NCBI GenBank assembly: GCA_016839605.1
Contig: JAEOTX010000154.1
Span: 1 to 25,326, forward strand
Direction of reading: 5' to 3'
DNA length: 25,326 nt
Source: Candidatus Thorarchaeota archaeon
GTDB lineage: Archaea > Asgardarchaeota > Thorarchaeia > Thorarchaeales > Thorarchaeaceae
The notes beneath the pieces are model-generated. The model saw nothing but the letters and a program-made list of their open reading frames with translations. It had not been told where the DNA came from and made no database searches. Below, one piece after another: positions 1 through 9,077 of the stretch (its first letter is position 1; each line of letters starts with the position of its first letter). The position numbers and the translations under genes are program-made.

Positions 1-196
1 CTGTCGAGAGAAGACCAGACACAACGGCATTGGAAAACATCAAGCCTCCTTTTCTGGAATCACGTGATATCGCTATCTTTCCAGGACCGAGAACTGTCCC
101 CACTGCTCTTGCCAGATCAAGTGCCATATCCACTGTAAGGCGTTCATTAATGACCCCACGAACTCCATTGGTCCCGAACAGACGGCCCACTTTCAT
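1..196 (-). CDS. Phosphoglucosamine mutase / PMM-PGM family phosphohexomutase, N-terminal part (runs off the window)
   Basis: Manual minus-strand translation gives MKVGRLFGTNGVRGVINERLTVDMALDLARAVGTVLGPGKIAISRDSRKGGLMFSNAVVSGLLST. This has the FGT.G.RG and RDxR motifs of alpha-D-phosphohexomutases. An alternative GTG start at 190 follows a GGTGA RBS. Confidence 0.9.
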   Translation of the reverse strand, partial: MKVGRLFGTNGVRGVINERLTVDMALDLARAVGTVLGPGKIAISRDSRKGGLMFSNAVVSGLLST

Positions 197-265
197 CACC
201 GTAGTTCGAGGGTCTCAGGTATTGACTTAAGAGTGTTGATGACCCGTTGACGTAGGGTCACAGAC

Positions 266-826
266 ATGCCTATCTTCGGCCGAAAGAAAGACAAAGAATA
301 CCAAGAGGCTGCAAAGCTGCTTGCAGAGGACAGACCCAAGGAAGCTGCTGAAATGCTTCGAAGTTATCTTGAGAAACATCCCAAAGACATCAATGGAATG
401 GTCACTCTCGCAGTGGCGCTCATCCATGGGCAAGAAGAGCCTGATAGACAATCACCAGCAACGGAGGACGCTTTCGCCTTATTGGACAGAGCCGCCGAAC
501 TGAAGCCCAAAGATGCCGTGCCCGTTTTCAACAAGGCAGTATGCTTCAGAGACTTAGGAATGTTGGAAGAGGCCTTGTCTCAGTTTGATAAGGCACTGGA
601 GATAGAGGATAGGCTCACGTTGGCCATTCTTCACAAGGCAGAGATAAACTACGAACTCGAGCGGTGGAAAGAAGCGGTCGAACTGGCAAGGCTGGCACTC
701 ATCAGAGACCCCGGAATCGAAAGTGCCCTGAGCTGGGTTCCTGACGCCATGGAAAAGGCCGGAATGCTCGACGAGGATGGCAAAGTCATCAATGCACCAT
801 GGGAAGACGCGCCTCCAGATGAATAG
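266..826 (+). CDS. Tetratricopeptide repeat protein
   Basis: 186 aa with TPR-like helical repeats (FNKAVCFRDLGMLEEALSQFDKALEIE; LHKAEINYELERWKEAVELARLALIRDP). Confidence 0.85.
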   Translation: MPIFGRKKDKEYQEAAKLLAEDRPKEAAEMLRSYLEKHPKDINGMVTLAVALIHGQEEPDRQSPATEDAFALLDRAAELKPKDAVPVFNKAVCFRDLGMLEEALSQFDKALEIEDRLTLAILHKAEINYELERWKEAVELARLALIRDPGIESALSWVPDAMEKAGMLDEDGKVINAPWEDAPPDE

Positions 827-904
827 CCTTATATTCACTTCTCAGGCAGCAGACATCGTTCTGAGTGGTTATTGTCCACTCCGTATACCATCTCCGGTGA
901 TCAT

Positions 905-1315
905 ATGTCACAGAAAGGCGAACCAATGTACCGCGGTCACAAGCTCACTGACCTAGTTCAGATGAACATGGACACACTCATTGAGCTGCTCCCCTCACGC
1001 CGCAGAAGGACCCTCAAGCGAGGCCTCCCGCCCCGACAGAAGAAGCTCCTGGTGAAGCTCAGGGCCGCCCGAAAGCAGGCCAAGAAGGGGAAAGAAGTTA
1101 TCGTCAAGACCCACTCCCGCGACATGGTCATTCTTCCAGAGATGGTCGACCTCACTATCGGCGTTCACAACGGCAAGGACTTCGTTCGTGTCAAGATCAT
1201 CCCGCAGATGATTGGGCACCTGTTGGGGGAATTTTCAAGTCCAATGAAACAGGTACGACACGGCAACCCAGGAATCGGTGCTACCAAAAGCAGCGCTTAC
1301 GTGCCTCTAAAGTAA
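905..1315 (+). CDS. rps19: 30S ribosomal protein S19 (uS19, archaeal S19P)
   Basis: Motifs [49 protein letters not shown] and [21 protein letters not shown] at 905 is preceded by a GGTGA RBS at 896-900 and is preferred over TTG 872. Confidence 0.97.
   Translation: MSQKGEPMYRGHKLTDLVQMNMDTLIELLPSRRRRTLKRGLPPRQKKLLVKLRAARKQAKKGKEVIVKTHSRDMVILPEMVDLTIGVHNGKDFVRVKIIPQMIGHLLGEFSSPMKQVRHGNPGIGATKSSAYVPLK
1229..1315 (+). repeat. rps19 3'-end repeat, copy 0 (functional gene tail; putative integration site)
   Basis: gaa ttt tca agt cca atg aaa cag gta cga cac ggc aac cca gga atc ggt gct acc aaa agc agc gct tac gtg cct cta aag taa. Eight further copies lie downstream. Confidence 0.95.
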
Positions 1316-1410
1316 ATCTACGTAAAGACAATCCTGCTCGCTCTATTTGGAAAATCAGTTTTGTGAAGAATGATACAATAAGTTTGATTAACTGCCTCCA
1401 CTCTTCATAA

Positions 1411-2793
1411 ATGGGAGTTCTATTGAATAGGTTCTGGATCAGCCTTCTATGTATCTCACTTATCATGCCTTCCCATCTTCTATCTCTGGAAATGAGTCCC
1501 GCCATGAGTACTCGAAGTAGGTTTAGCACCCTAACTTTCGACTCATCTTCAGATAGTAGTTTGACTTCCAAAAGCTCCATTTCCATAACTAGTGATAGCG
1601 ACTTCGTCAACCAAGGCTGGTCCGGAGATGGAACAGCTGATAGCCCCTTCCTTTTGGAGAACTTGTCCATCATATCATATGATATCTGCGTCTCTGTGAA
1701 GAATGTCACGAAGCACTTTCTCATCCGAAACTCTTACTTCTGGCGTAGAAGACTGGGAAGCACTCCGATGGATGCCTCTGCCATCTTGCTGGAAAACGCA
1801 GCTAATGGCACAGTTGACAACTGTGTTATTGAGAGTCCTGGTTTTGGTATTCTGATACGTAATTCGAGTGAGATTCATCTCATTAACAGTACTTTCTCGG
1901 GCTATGATTTGGGAGGCAGAGGACAGCTGGGTGTTCTGATGGATCACTCATACAATTGCAGTATGGACGGAGATTTCTTCTCTCTGTGGTGGCAGGCTGT
2001 GCATCTAGATTTTTGCTCTAGGATTAGCATGATAAATAGCATTCTTACAGAAAACCATGACGGAGTGGATATGTACTACTGCAACAATAGTGTGTTGATC
2101 AACAATACGATAGTCCAGAATGATAACACCGGAATCCATCTTTCATTGAGCTCTAACAATAGCATCTATGGAAACAAGATTGGAATGAATGAACACCAAG
2201 CTTTCGATAGCAAAGGACCCAATCTATGGGATGACAATCAATCTTTGGGAAATGGGTGGGGCGACTATAGTGGCATTGGCACCTATGCCATCCCAGGGTA
2301 TGCAAATAGTGTCGATCGCTATCCCTGGTTTGCTAGCGACTTCAACTACACAGTACGAGACCAAATTGGACCCACTATACTACATGGCCCCTACATAACC
2401 TCAACTGGACCAGATATCCGTAGGGCGTGGCAGTTCACAGCAACAGCCATTGATCCATCAGGAGTAGATACTGTAATAGCCTTCTATCGCTTTTGTGGAG
2501 AGGAATCTACATCTGTGAAGTTGAACCAATCGAGATACTATACTGACGAATATGAAGGGCGAATTGGTGTACCAGACCCATATAACGGATCCATCGAGGT
2601 CTATTACTGGGCAAATGATAGTCTTGGAAACAGCAGAGATTCAAATGTGGTTCGCTTTTCTTGGAATGGACCTCGTCCTTCAACTCCCCAACCATCATTG
2701 GAAATACTATCAGTTGCAGCTGTAGTAATCACTCCTCTAGTTTTACTCATCGTATTCGTGTTTCTCAAGAAGACTCGAGAGTCACATCGGTAG
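1411..2793 (+). CDS. Secreted NosD/CASH-type right-handed beta-helix protein with C-terminal membrane anchor (cassette 1)
   Basis: Signal peptide; GW.G.GT..SPF.LENL motif; repeated G(I/V)xL...N..I.N beta-helix repeats; GNxWGDY motif; C-terminal hydrophobic helix plus basic tail. Confidence 0.85.
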   Translation: MGVLLNRFWISLLCISLIMPSHLLSLEMSPAMSTRSRFSTLTFDSSSDSSLTSKSSISITSDSDFVNQGWSGDGTADSPFLLENLSIISYDICVSVKNVTKHFLIRNSYFWRRRLGSTPMDASAILLENAANGTVDNCVIESPGFGILIRNSSEIHLINSTFSGYDLGGRGQLGVLMDHSYNCSMDGDFFSLWWQAVHLDFCSRISMINSILTENHDGVDMYYCNNSVLINNTIVQNDNTGIHLSLSSNNSIYGNKIGMNEHQAFDSKGPNLWDDNQSLGNGWGDYSGIGTYAIPGYANSVDRYPWFASDFNYTVRDQIGPTILHGPYITSTGPDIRRAWQFTATAIDPSGVDTVIAFYRFCGEESTSVKLNQSRYYTDEYEGRIGVPDPYNGSIEVYYWANDSLGNSRDSNVVRFSWNGPRPSTPQPSLEILSVAAVVITPLVLLIVFVFLKKTRESHR

Positions 2794-2828
2794 TCATGTG
2801 GACACTCTGATACACAGCGCTAGGCTTA

Positions 2829-2915
2829 GAATTCTCAAACCCAATGAAACAGGTACGACACGGAAATCCTGGGATAGGCGCTACAAAAAGCAGCGCTTAC
2901 GTGCCTCTGAAGTAG
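2829..2915 (+). repeat. rps19 3'-end repeat, copy 1 (intact)
   Basis: Encodes [28 protein letters not shown]. From ATG to stop it has 9 substitutions versus copy 0, all silent. Confidence 0.97.
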
Positions 2916-2940
2916 TTCAAGGTGTATAGATCACGCCTTG

Positions 2941-3936
2941 CTAATACTGTTTCAGTTGCCTACCTATCAAGACAATTGAAACAGCTGCTAAAGCCCAGAG
3001 TATTGCTATTGCTAGAACTTCATTTGGCAAAGGTGTACCGAGCCCTGTTGGTAAAATCGTTTCTGTTATCGAAGGACCCACAAACCACTCAGGATCAGTC
3101 AAAGCACCCACAAAATCAGTCGAAGGACCCACACTATCAGTTGGCACTCCAGTAGGTAGCGCGTCCACCACATGCACTGTAACTGTATCCATTTCTTGAC
3201 TCCAGCCACCATCTATAGTCAGTCGATAGACATGCTCTCCAAGTTCGAGACCATCCACATTGATGGTAAGCGCCTGATTCCATATCCAATTGTGTTGTTC
3301 AAGAAGAAGGCCATCCTTCAATAATACATACCGAAATCCATGGGACGCAGTAGCCCAAGTCACTTCGTGACCAGTTGTCCCGAGTAGGTACCAAAGGTCG
3401 GGAGTGTCGTATAACTGGGGATCACCATCTACAGTCAATACAGTTCCGCCCATTCCAAACTCCAATAAGGGGGACTGAGCAACATTCCCCAACGTGTCAG
3501 TTGCCACATAGAATACCTGGCGAAATGTATCATATACTCTCCCTCCTGTGGAGTTATAGGAAAACCCGAGATTCGCTGCGAACAAGTCCGCTCTGTCTTC
3601 AGTTTGAACCATTGTAGTCTGATCCCATACACTGCTCCCGCGATCAGCATAATGCATTATCACAGAGGCAATTCCATCAGGATCCTTAGCCAGTACCTTC
3701 ACCTCCAGATTGTAATTGTATCTTTCCGCAGCATAATATTTCCGAGGGTAGTATTCCATGGTTGGGTTGCTTCCTTCTCCAGGAACATCCGATTCGTCAG
3801 CAATTGTCAGTGTTGCATTGGAATACTCGGCTGATTCTTGATTTGTTGCAACTGTTTTCATAGATGGAAGGCTAGAGGTTATTACAATGACATGGAGAAT
3901 TAGAAGGAGTGCAGCACCTCTGGTGGTGATTTTCAT
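2941..3936 (-). CDS. Secreted, membrane-anchored hypothetical protein (cassette 2); paralog of 15979-16908
   Basis: Signal peptide after ATG 3936 (the ORF extends to 3960) and a C-terminal TM helix. Shares IADESD.PGEGSNPTMEYYPRKYYAA and LYDTPDLWYL.G.TGHEVTW with the 15979-16908 product. Confidence 0.85.
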   Translation of the reverse strand: MKITTRGAALLLILHVIVITSSLPSMKTVATNQESAEYSNATLTIADESDVPGEGSNPTMEYYPRKYYAAERYNYNLEVKVLAKDPDGIASVIMHYADRGSSVWDQTTMVQTEDRADLFAANLGFSYNSTGGRVYDTFRQVFYVATDTLGNVAQSPLLEFGMGGTVLTVDGDPQLYDTPDLWYLLGTTGHEVTWATASHGFRYVLLKDGLLLEQHNWIWNQALTINVDGLELGEHVYRLTIDGGWSQEMDTVTVHVVDALPTGVPTDSVGPSTDFVGALTDPEWFVGPSITETILPTGLGTPLPNEVLAIAILWALAAVSIVLIGRQLKQY

Positions 3937-4032
3937 TCTTAATGTACCCTCCACACCCATCGAATAGGGTACTATTGAAATTAAGTTTGCGTTCTTTCAG
4001 CTAAACTGGAATATTGAATGAAGGACATGTGC

Positions 4033-4113
4033 TCAAACCCAATGAAGCAGGTCCGACATGGCAACCCGGGGATAGGTGCAACCAAGAGCAGCGCTTACGT
4101 GCCTCTAAAATAG
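4033..4113 (+). repeat. rps19 3'-end repeat, copy 2 (intact)
   Basis: Encodes [26 protein letters not shown]. From ATG to stop it has 10 substitutions versus copy 0, all silent. Confidence 0.97.
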
Positions 4114-4136
4114 TGAACTGCGCCAGTGCGTGATAG

Positions 4137-4174
4137 GCACCCCTTTCCTTAAATTTGTTTGAAACTAATGTATG
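4137..4174 (+). promoter_or_regulatory. Putative promoter module shared with 9078-9115
   Basis: gcacccctttccttaaatttgtttgaaactaatgtatg, 30/38 identical to 9078-9115. Contains a TATA-like TTAAAT about 60 nt before the start codon. Confidence 0.5.
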
Positions 4175-4193
4175 GATTGTTTGAAGCAATTCA

Positions 4194-4982
4194 TTGAGGG
4201 GAACCGGTAACTTGTCAAAGGAGTATATAGTTGAAACAAAAAACCTGTCAAAGTCATTTGGAAACATAAGAGCGCTTGATTCAGTCAATTTGTCGATAAA
4301 GGAAGGTAGTAGGTATGGTTACTTAGGTCCAAACGGCGCAGGCAAAACAACCACGATACGAATACTGAGTGGTCTTCTTGAATGCACTAGTGGAGATGCC
4401 ACAGTTTGCGGATATGATATTCATTCTGAGAATAAGATGATCAAACGCCACACAGGTCTTCTTCCTGAAACAGCAGGTCTCTACTCGAAGCTCTCAGCGT
4501 TTGAGTTCCTTGAGTTCATAAGTGCATTATATAGAATGCCATCAGATGAAGCACATTCCAGGATAAGCAAGCTTCTCTCGACACTGGGCTTAGAGAGTAG
4601 GCAGAACGATGCGATAGAAACCTTCAGTTCGGGGATGAAGCAAAAAGTACTCATTGCCTCAACTCTAATCCACGATCCGCAACTTGTCTTTCTCGATGAA
4701 CCTACAGCATATCTTGATCCCGCAATGAGTGTCCTGGTAAAGGACCTTATACTTGCCCTTTCGAAGCAAACTAATACCTCATTCTTCATCTGTACTCATC
4801 AAACAAGCTTTGCGAATGATGTCTGTGATGTCATTGGGATTCTAGATAATGGTAAGCTCTTGATTGAGGGTCCTACACAGGATATTATCAAGAGCTTTGA
4901 TGCTGATAACTTAGAAGATGCATATGTGAAATTGGTTGGAGGAGAGGTAGACAAAGAGCATTTGCTTGATTGGAGGGGCTAG
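4194..4982 (+). CDS. ABC transporter ATP-binding protein (ABC-2/drug-exporter type; cassette 3)
   Basis: Walker A GPNGAGKTT, signature FSSGMKQK, Walker B VFLDEPT, H-loop CTH. The true start may be TTG 4212. Confidence 0.95.
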   Translation: MRGTGNLSKEYIVETKNLSKSFGNIRALDSVNLSIKEGSRYGYLGPNGAGKTTTIRILSGLLECTSGDATVCGYDIHSENKMIKRHTGLLPETAGLYSKLSAFEFLEFISALYRMPSDEAHSRISKLLSTLGLESRQNDAIETFSSGMKQKVLIASTLIHDPQLVFLDEPTAYLDPAMSVLVKDLILALSKQTNTSFFICTHQTSFANDVCDVIGILDNGKLLIEGPTQDIIKSFDADNLEDAYVKLVGGEVDKEHLLDWRG

Positions 4983-6625
4983 CAGGATTGAGCCAGTGGA
5001 AAGCCATCGCCATAGCTGATTTCTATGCAAGTACGACAAGATTCAGAGGGCGCAGAAGGGAGTTCTTCATTATATTTCTCTCAATAGTCCTCATCTGGGC
5101 TTTTGTCATTGTTCCTTTTTTAGTCGGATTCCTTTTTGATAATTATCCTTTCCTTGAAGCTTTGGCCCTCGTTAATCCAATTGGATTAGTGAGAGTAGTT
5201 TTATTGGCAGTCTTATTCATCATCATAACATATCCTTCCTCCTCCGCGCTCCAAGAGTACAAGTTCCGCGATTGGGAACTTATTCTCAGCTGTGATGTAG
5301 ATACGAAACAAATACTCGCGGGAAAATTCATAGGTAAGCTGCCATCCTTCTGTCTGCTTCTACTTGCTTTGCTTCCATTCCTGATTTCGTTCCTCGATGC
5401 AGCATTTCGAATTTCACTCGCAGGCCAGCTATTAATCTATGCAGAGATCACAGCTTTTTCCATCTGCACATATGGATTGTCAATTGTCATTTGGTCGGGG
5501 ATTCAAGCCAGACTCAACCAATCATTACGGGGCGATTTCTATGCTAAGGTCATTTCAGTTGCGCTCATACTACCGGTTGCTTTTGCTTATGGACTAATGG
5601 CTTTCTTAGAGCAACTGACAGGAATAATGGAGAGTGGACTCTTACTTTTACTTCCGTCAACATGGTCTGGTGACCTTGCAGCTTGGATCATCCTTCAAAA
5701 CAATGCGTCGATATCCCCATCCGCGCTCCCGTTAGGTCCTGAGCCTTTGACGATTCTCTTGGGATGTTATGGACTCGGCATCCTATTCATTGGTTTCTTT
5801 TTCACTGATAGAGTATTCACCATTGCATTAGGCGCTAGGCTAGAAAGTCATAAGACAATGGGAAAGGAGAATTTCTTCCTGAGATTCGTTAGAAGGATTT
5901 GGCCTGGCTATTGGGGATCGTTGGTTGCAACGAGTTTCAAACACATCTATAGAAAGCCAGAGAACAATGGGAAGATAGTGTATGCATGTGCGGCATCCAT
6001 TCTGCCCGTACTAATATTCCCAATTCTCGCTATTTCAGCTCCTACAAAGCCACCACCTGACTTTGTCTTATTATTCAGCTTCCTGTCGATGCTTATGGTT
6101 TTCCCGCTAGTAGGCGCGTTAATGTTTGGAGGAATTGGTTTCTTTGAGAACAAGTACCAGCTTTGGGTGATCCAAGATGCTCCGGATGGAGTTAAATTAT
6201 TCACAACAGGTCGCCTTGCTGCTTATGCTGTATCTGCGGCTTTTCTAGCGGCAGTACCCACAATTGGGATTGGTATCTTTTACTCATCTCAACCCTTAGT
6301 TGCGGTCATCCTCTTTGGCTGTGCATTTGCGCTAACAATGGCCGGGACTCTTCAAGGGATGGGCATCGCATCCATCAATCCCGCATATGAAGATGAGATA
6401 TCGCCTCCATTGAACATCTTGGTCACATCAGTTACTGCATGGGGGCTACCATTTGTATTGCTTTTCGTGGGTCTTCCTTCTATCTCTCCAATCATCAACA
6501 CTTATTTCTCCGGCGCTATTGCTTTGCTCTTAAGCATAGTACTCTCGATTATTCTTCCCTTGTTATTAGTAGGCCTTGTTTTATTCTATATAGGCATGAA
6601 GAATCTGATGAGAACGAGCAAGTAA
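4970..6625 (+). CDS. Multi-pass membrane protein, probable ABC exporter permease (cassette 3)
   Basis: 551 aa with many hydrophobic helices; overlaps the ABC ATPase stop codon. Confidence 0.8.
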   Translation: MEGLAGLSQWKAIAIADFYASTTRFRGRRREFFIIFLSIVLIWAFVIVPFLVGFLFDNYPFLEALALVNPIGLVRVVLLAVLFIIITYPSSSALQEYKFRDWELILSCDVDTKQILAGKFIGKLPSFCLLLLALLPFLISFLDAAFRISLAGQLLIYAEITAFSICTYGLSIVIWSGIQARLNQSLRGDFYAKVISVALILPVAFAYGLMAFLEQLTGIMESGLLLLLPSTWSGDLAAWIILQNNASISPSALPLGPEPLTILLGCYGLGILFIGFFFTDRVFTIALGARLESHKTMGKENFFLRFVRRIWPGYWGSLVATSFKHIYRKPENNGKIVYACAASILPVLIFPILAISAPTKPPPDFVLLFSFLSMLMVFPLVGALMFGGIGFFENKYQLWVIQDAPDGVKLFTTGRLAAYAVSAAFLAAVPTIGIGIFYSSQPLVAVILFGCAFALTMAGTLQGMGIASINPAYEDEISPPLNILVTSVTAWGLPFVLLFVGLPSISPIINTYFSGAIALLLSIVLSIILPLLLVGLVLFYIGMKNLMRTSK

Positions 6626-6988
6626 GGATGGAACGAAGCTAGCTCCGAATCCAAGCGGTTTGCAGAACCTAAGGGATGATTGCTCGAATTAGAGGCAATC
6701 CTGCTAAAAGGAGGGAGCAACGTGGAGTCATGTTACCATATGATTGGGCTTTGATATTAAGGTGAAACCCTACCTCGGGTACGACGTGAAATATGGCGTG
6801 AAGTGAAATGAGGAAACGAAAGAGCTGAATGGCCTTTGGTTCTCCGTCTACTCCGCCAGGTACCCAGGCACTTGGTATGTTTGGCTCAAGGAGTCACTCG
6901 ACCAGATTGCGACCCACATCCTTGACAAAGACATACTGAAGTCAAAGACTTAACTATCGTATTTTTTGGGGAGCCTAGTCAAGAACCG

Positions 6989-7004
6989 TTGACCAATTGG
7001 TCAA
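6989..7004. promoter_or_regulatory. Perfect 16-bp palindrome, candidate operator
   Basis: TTGACCAATTGGTCAA is its own reverse complement and lies in a ~600 bp non-coding stretch. Confidence 0.45.
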
Positions 7005-7224
7005 TGACCCTAGGATTATATCCCTTCGCGACATGCTTAGACACATGGAGTCGATGTAATCTCGCAGAAACTTGGAAATTACAATATTGTACTAATTCCT
7101 AGTAAAGTAGGATTACTCTTGTATATCGCCTTGAGAACTTAGCTTTAGATTTCACATGATTGATTATTTGGTCGTACAATAGAACCTATTCCAGACAACC
7201 GAGAGGTTTGATCTCAGTTGTTAG

Positions 7225-7279
7225 TTTTCAAATCCGATGAAACAGGTACGACAAGGCAACCCTGGTATAGGCGCTACCA
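7225..7279 (+). repeat. rps19 3'-end repeat, copy 3 (3'-truncated)
   Basis: Encodes [18 protein letters not shown], then similarity stops about 6 nt before the stop codon of the convergent ORF at 7286. Confidence 0.92.
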
Positions 7280-7285
7280 GCGGGG

Positions 7286-8125
7286 TCACATGTAAGGCAT
7301 GTAATCACGCCGTTTCCCCAATTTCTCTGCAATCAAACCGCCACCTAGCAAAGGTGGGATGATATAAACTGGACCAAAAATCACCAATCGAAGAACTAGA
7401 GGAATTGAGGGAGTAGCTAGCCAGCTCACAAAGGGAACAGCTAGCAAGCCCAGAAGATATACCCAAGCAAGTATGAGTGGCATACTGAAGAAACATCCTA
7501 ATCCTACAATCCAAAACAATCTTCTGAACCTGAAATTATCGAGTCTTCTCCGAACGTAGTAGAAGAAGAATCCAGACATACCAGTGATGATAGTCCAGGT
7601 GATAATCTGTGTGGGTTCCCATACTCCGAGGCTCACCAACACCACACACAGCACAAGCGCAGTGACAAGCGACAAAGAAACTAGCAGAGTCTTCCCTCTA
7701 TTCCACTCAGGGACTGGCAGGCTCTGACCTGACCTATGCTCACGTATCAGGTTTGTGATTCTATATGCTGGGTTAGCCTTGATTTGAATCTCAATAATCT
7801 TAGCTCCTTCAGCGAAATCCTGAACCTCCAAGAGCTCCTTCAATCTTTGTGGAGCTTGATTCCTGCTGAGAGTCCTCCTTTCTATCTCTTCATTAGTGTC
7901 CACAACACACGTTTCAAGTAGGGTAGCAGTTGCTCCAAGAGAGCCCTCCATGAATCCCCCCTCATTGAGATAGTCCCACAACTCCTCTGCAACGCGAGAA
8001 TAGAGTTCTCCGTCCCACGATTGTTTGCTCCACTCTTCCACAAGGGCATATAGCGTTCTCGGGGACTTGCTCATCTTGTGGCTATTCGGGGATTCTTCCG
8101 TTGGGTTCGGTTGTGCATTCTCCAT
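7286..8125 (-). CDS. Hypothetical membrane protein (soluble N-terminal half, ~4 C-terminal TM helices; cassette 4)
   Basis: 279-aa ORF with ATG start and a hydrophobic C-terminal half. Confidence 0.75.
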   Translation of the reverse strand: MENAQPNPTEESPNSHKMSKSPRTLYALVEEWSKQSWDGELYSRVAEELWDYLNEGGFMEGSLGATATLLETCVVDTNEEIERRTLSRNQAPQRLKELLEVQDFAEGAKIIEIQIKANPAYRITNLIREHRSGQSLPVPEWNRGKTLLVSLSLVTALVLCVVLVSLGVWEPTQIITWTIITGMSGFFFYYVRRRLDNFRFRRLFWIVGLGCFFSMPLILAWVYLLGLLAVPFVSWLATPSIPLVLRLVIFGPVYIIPPLLGGGLIAEKLGKRRDYMPYM

Positions 8126-8372
8126 CCTAAGCGCCCAACTACTAACCTCTCTCGATAGACTAATCGTATAGAATACTTTTAAGCTATTTTCTTATTCGAC
8201 AATGACGCATAACATAATTTAGCTTACTCTAGTTGAGTGCTGATTCCGTATCTTCCATGACAGTCATAGGATACACCTTTCACAAATACATAAGTTTTCA
8301 ATTTACACTCATTTGGTAATCACACAAGTGAGTAGGGCTAATTCGATTATGTATTGTGAAGGATATGTGCGC

Positions 8373-8398
8373 GAGCGTGTGACAGGCCCGCAAGCTGG
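8373..8398 (+). repeat. Second repeat family, copy A (ERVTGPQAG-encoding)
   Basis: gagcgtgtgacaggcccgcaagctgg, 22/26 identical to 12651-12676. All 4 mismatches are at third codon positions. Confidence 0.7.
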
Positions 8399-8577
8399 CA
8401 CATTTTTCCTTTCAAGAAGGATATCATTCTTTGTCGCCTATGATAAGAGATACAATGACTCACGCTCACCGAGTGCAGGATGTTTCGTTGGCGTAAGGCG
8501 TGGCGAAACGCCGTTATACTCTTAAGGAAGTATGATTCACCATAGTTACTTAACTCATTATGTGGGGATTTTAAGAA

Positions 8578-8886
8578 ATGCAGGAACAGATGTTTGTAAT
8601 ACCTATTCCGCCTCTACTTGCTCTTGGGTTTCTGATCGGCATCATATTACTGGTTCTCGGCTATCGAGAGGAATCTGACCTAACGAGACGTCATCATCTA
8701 ATGGGTTCAGGTGTAGTAGTCATAGGCATTATGATTCCAATCACTCCACTTAGCTGGTATGGCTATTGGATAGTGACCAGGGGGCTGGTGCTGGGGCTTG
8801 TTGAAATCGTTATTATTGCTGTTGCCCTGATCGTTGGTATCCTTCTCGTGTACAAAGGTGTCAAGACTTACTCGGGACCTCAATAG
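8578..8886 (+). CDS. Small membrane protein (3 TM; cassette 4)
   Basis: 102 aa with three hydrophobic segments and an ATG start. Confidence 0.75.
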   Translation: MQEQMFVIPIPPLLALGFLIGIILLVLGYREESDLTRRHHLMGSGVVVIGIMIPITPLSWYGYWIVTRGLVLGLVEIVIIAVALIVGILLVYKGVKTYSGPQ

Positions 8887-8952
8887 AATACCCGCGCTCC
8901 TCTGGCAGAGTATTTTCTCAGGCAAGCTGGATTGTTCGCTCAATTATTTAAC

Positions 8953-9036
8953 TTCTCAAATCCTATGAAACAGGTCCGACATGGCAACCCGGGGATAGGT
9001 GCAACAAAAAGCAGCGCTTACGTGCCTCTGAAGTAG
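8953..9036 (+). repeat. rps19 3'-end repeat, copy 4 (intact)
   Basis: Encodes [27 protein letters not shown]. From ATG to stop it has 9 substitutions versus copy 0, all silent. Confidence 0.97.
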
Positions 9037-9077
9037 AATACGGACACTGTAGTTTTCTATTTGAGAAGGGCGCTTAT

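Noticed and set aside
1281-1724. Minus-strand ORFs 1281-1724 and 4001-4288 sharing LEARKRC.W
   Set aside because: These are shadow ORFs; the shared peptide is the antisense translation of the rps19-tail repeat.
2844-2915. Repeat copies as expressed 23-aa micropeptides ([23 protein letters not shown])
   Set aside because: The ATG is an internal Met of uS19, homology extends upstream of it, there is no consistent RBS, and several copies are truncated or nonsense-mutated. Not fully excluded.
8470-8487. 15/18 match to 10982-10999 (cgag..caggatgtt.cg)
   Set aside because: Too short, only two copies, and no consistent positional context.
8313-8525. 70-aa ORF as a real gene
   Set aside because: TTG start and no recognisable features; only the ERVTGPQAG segment appears meaningful (second repeat).
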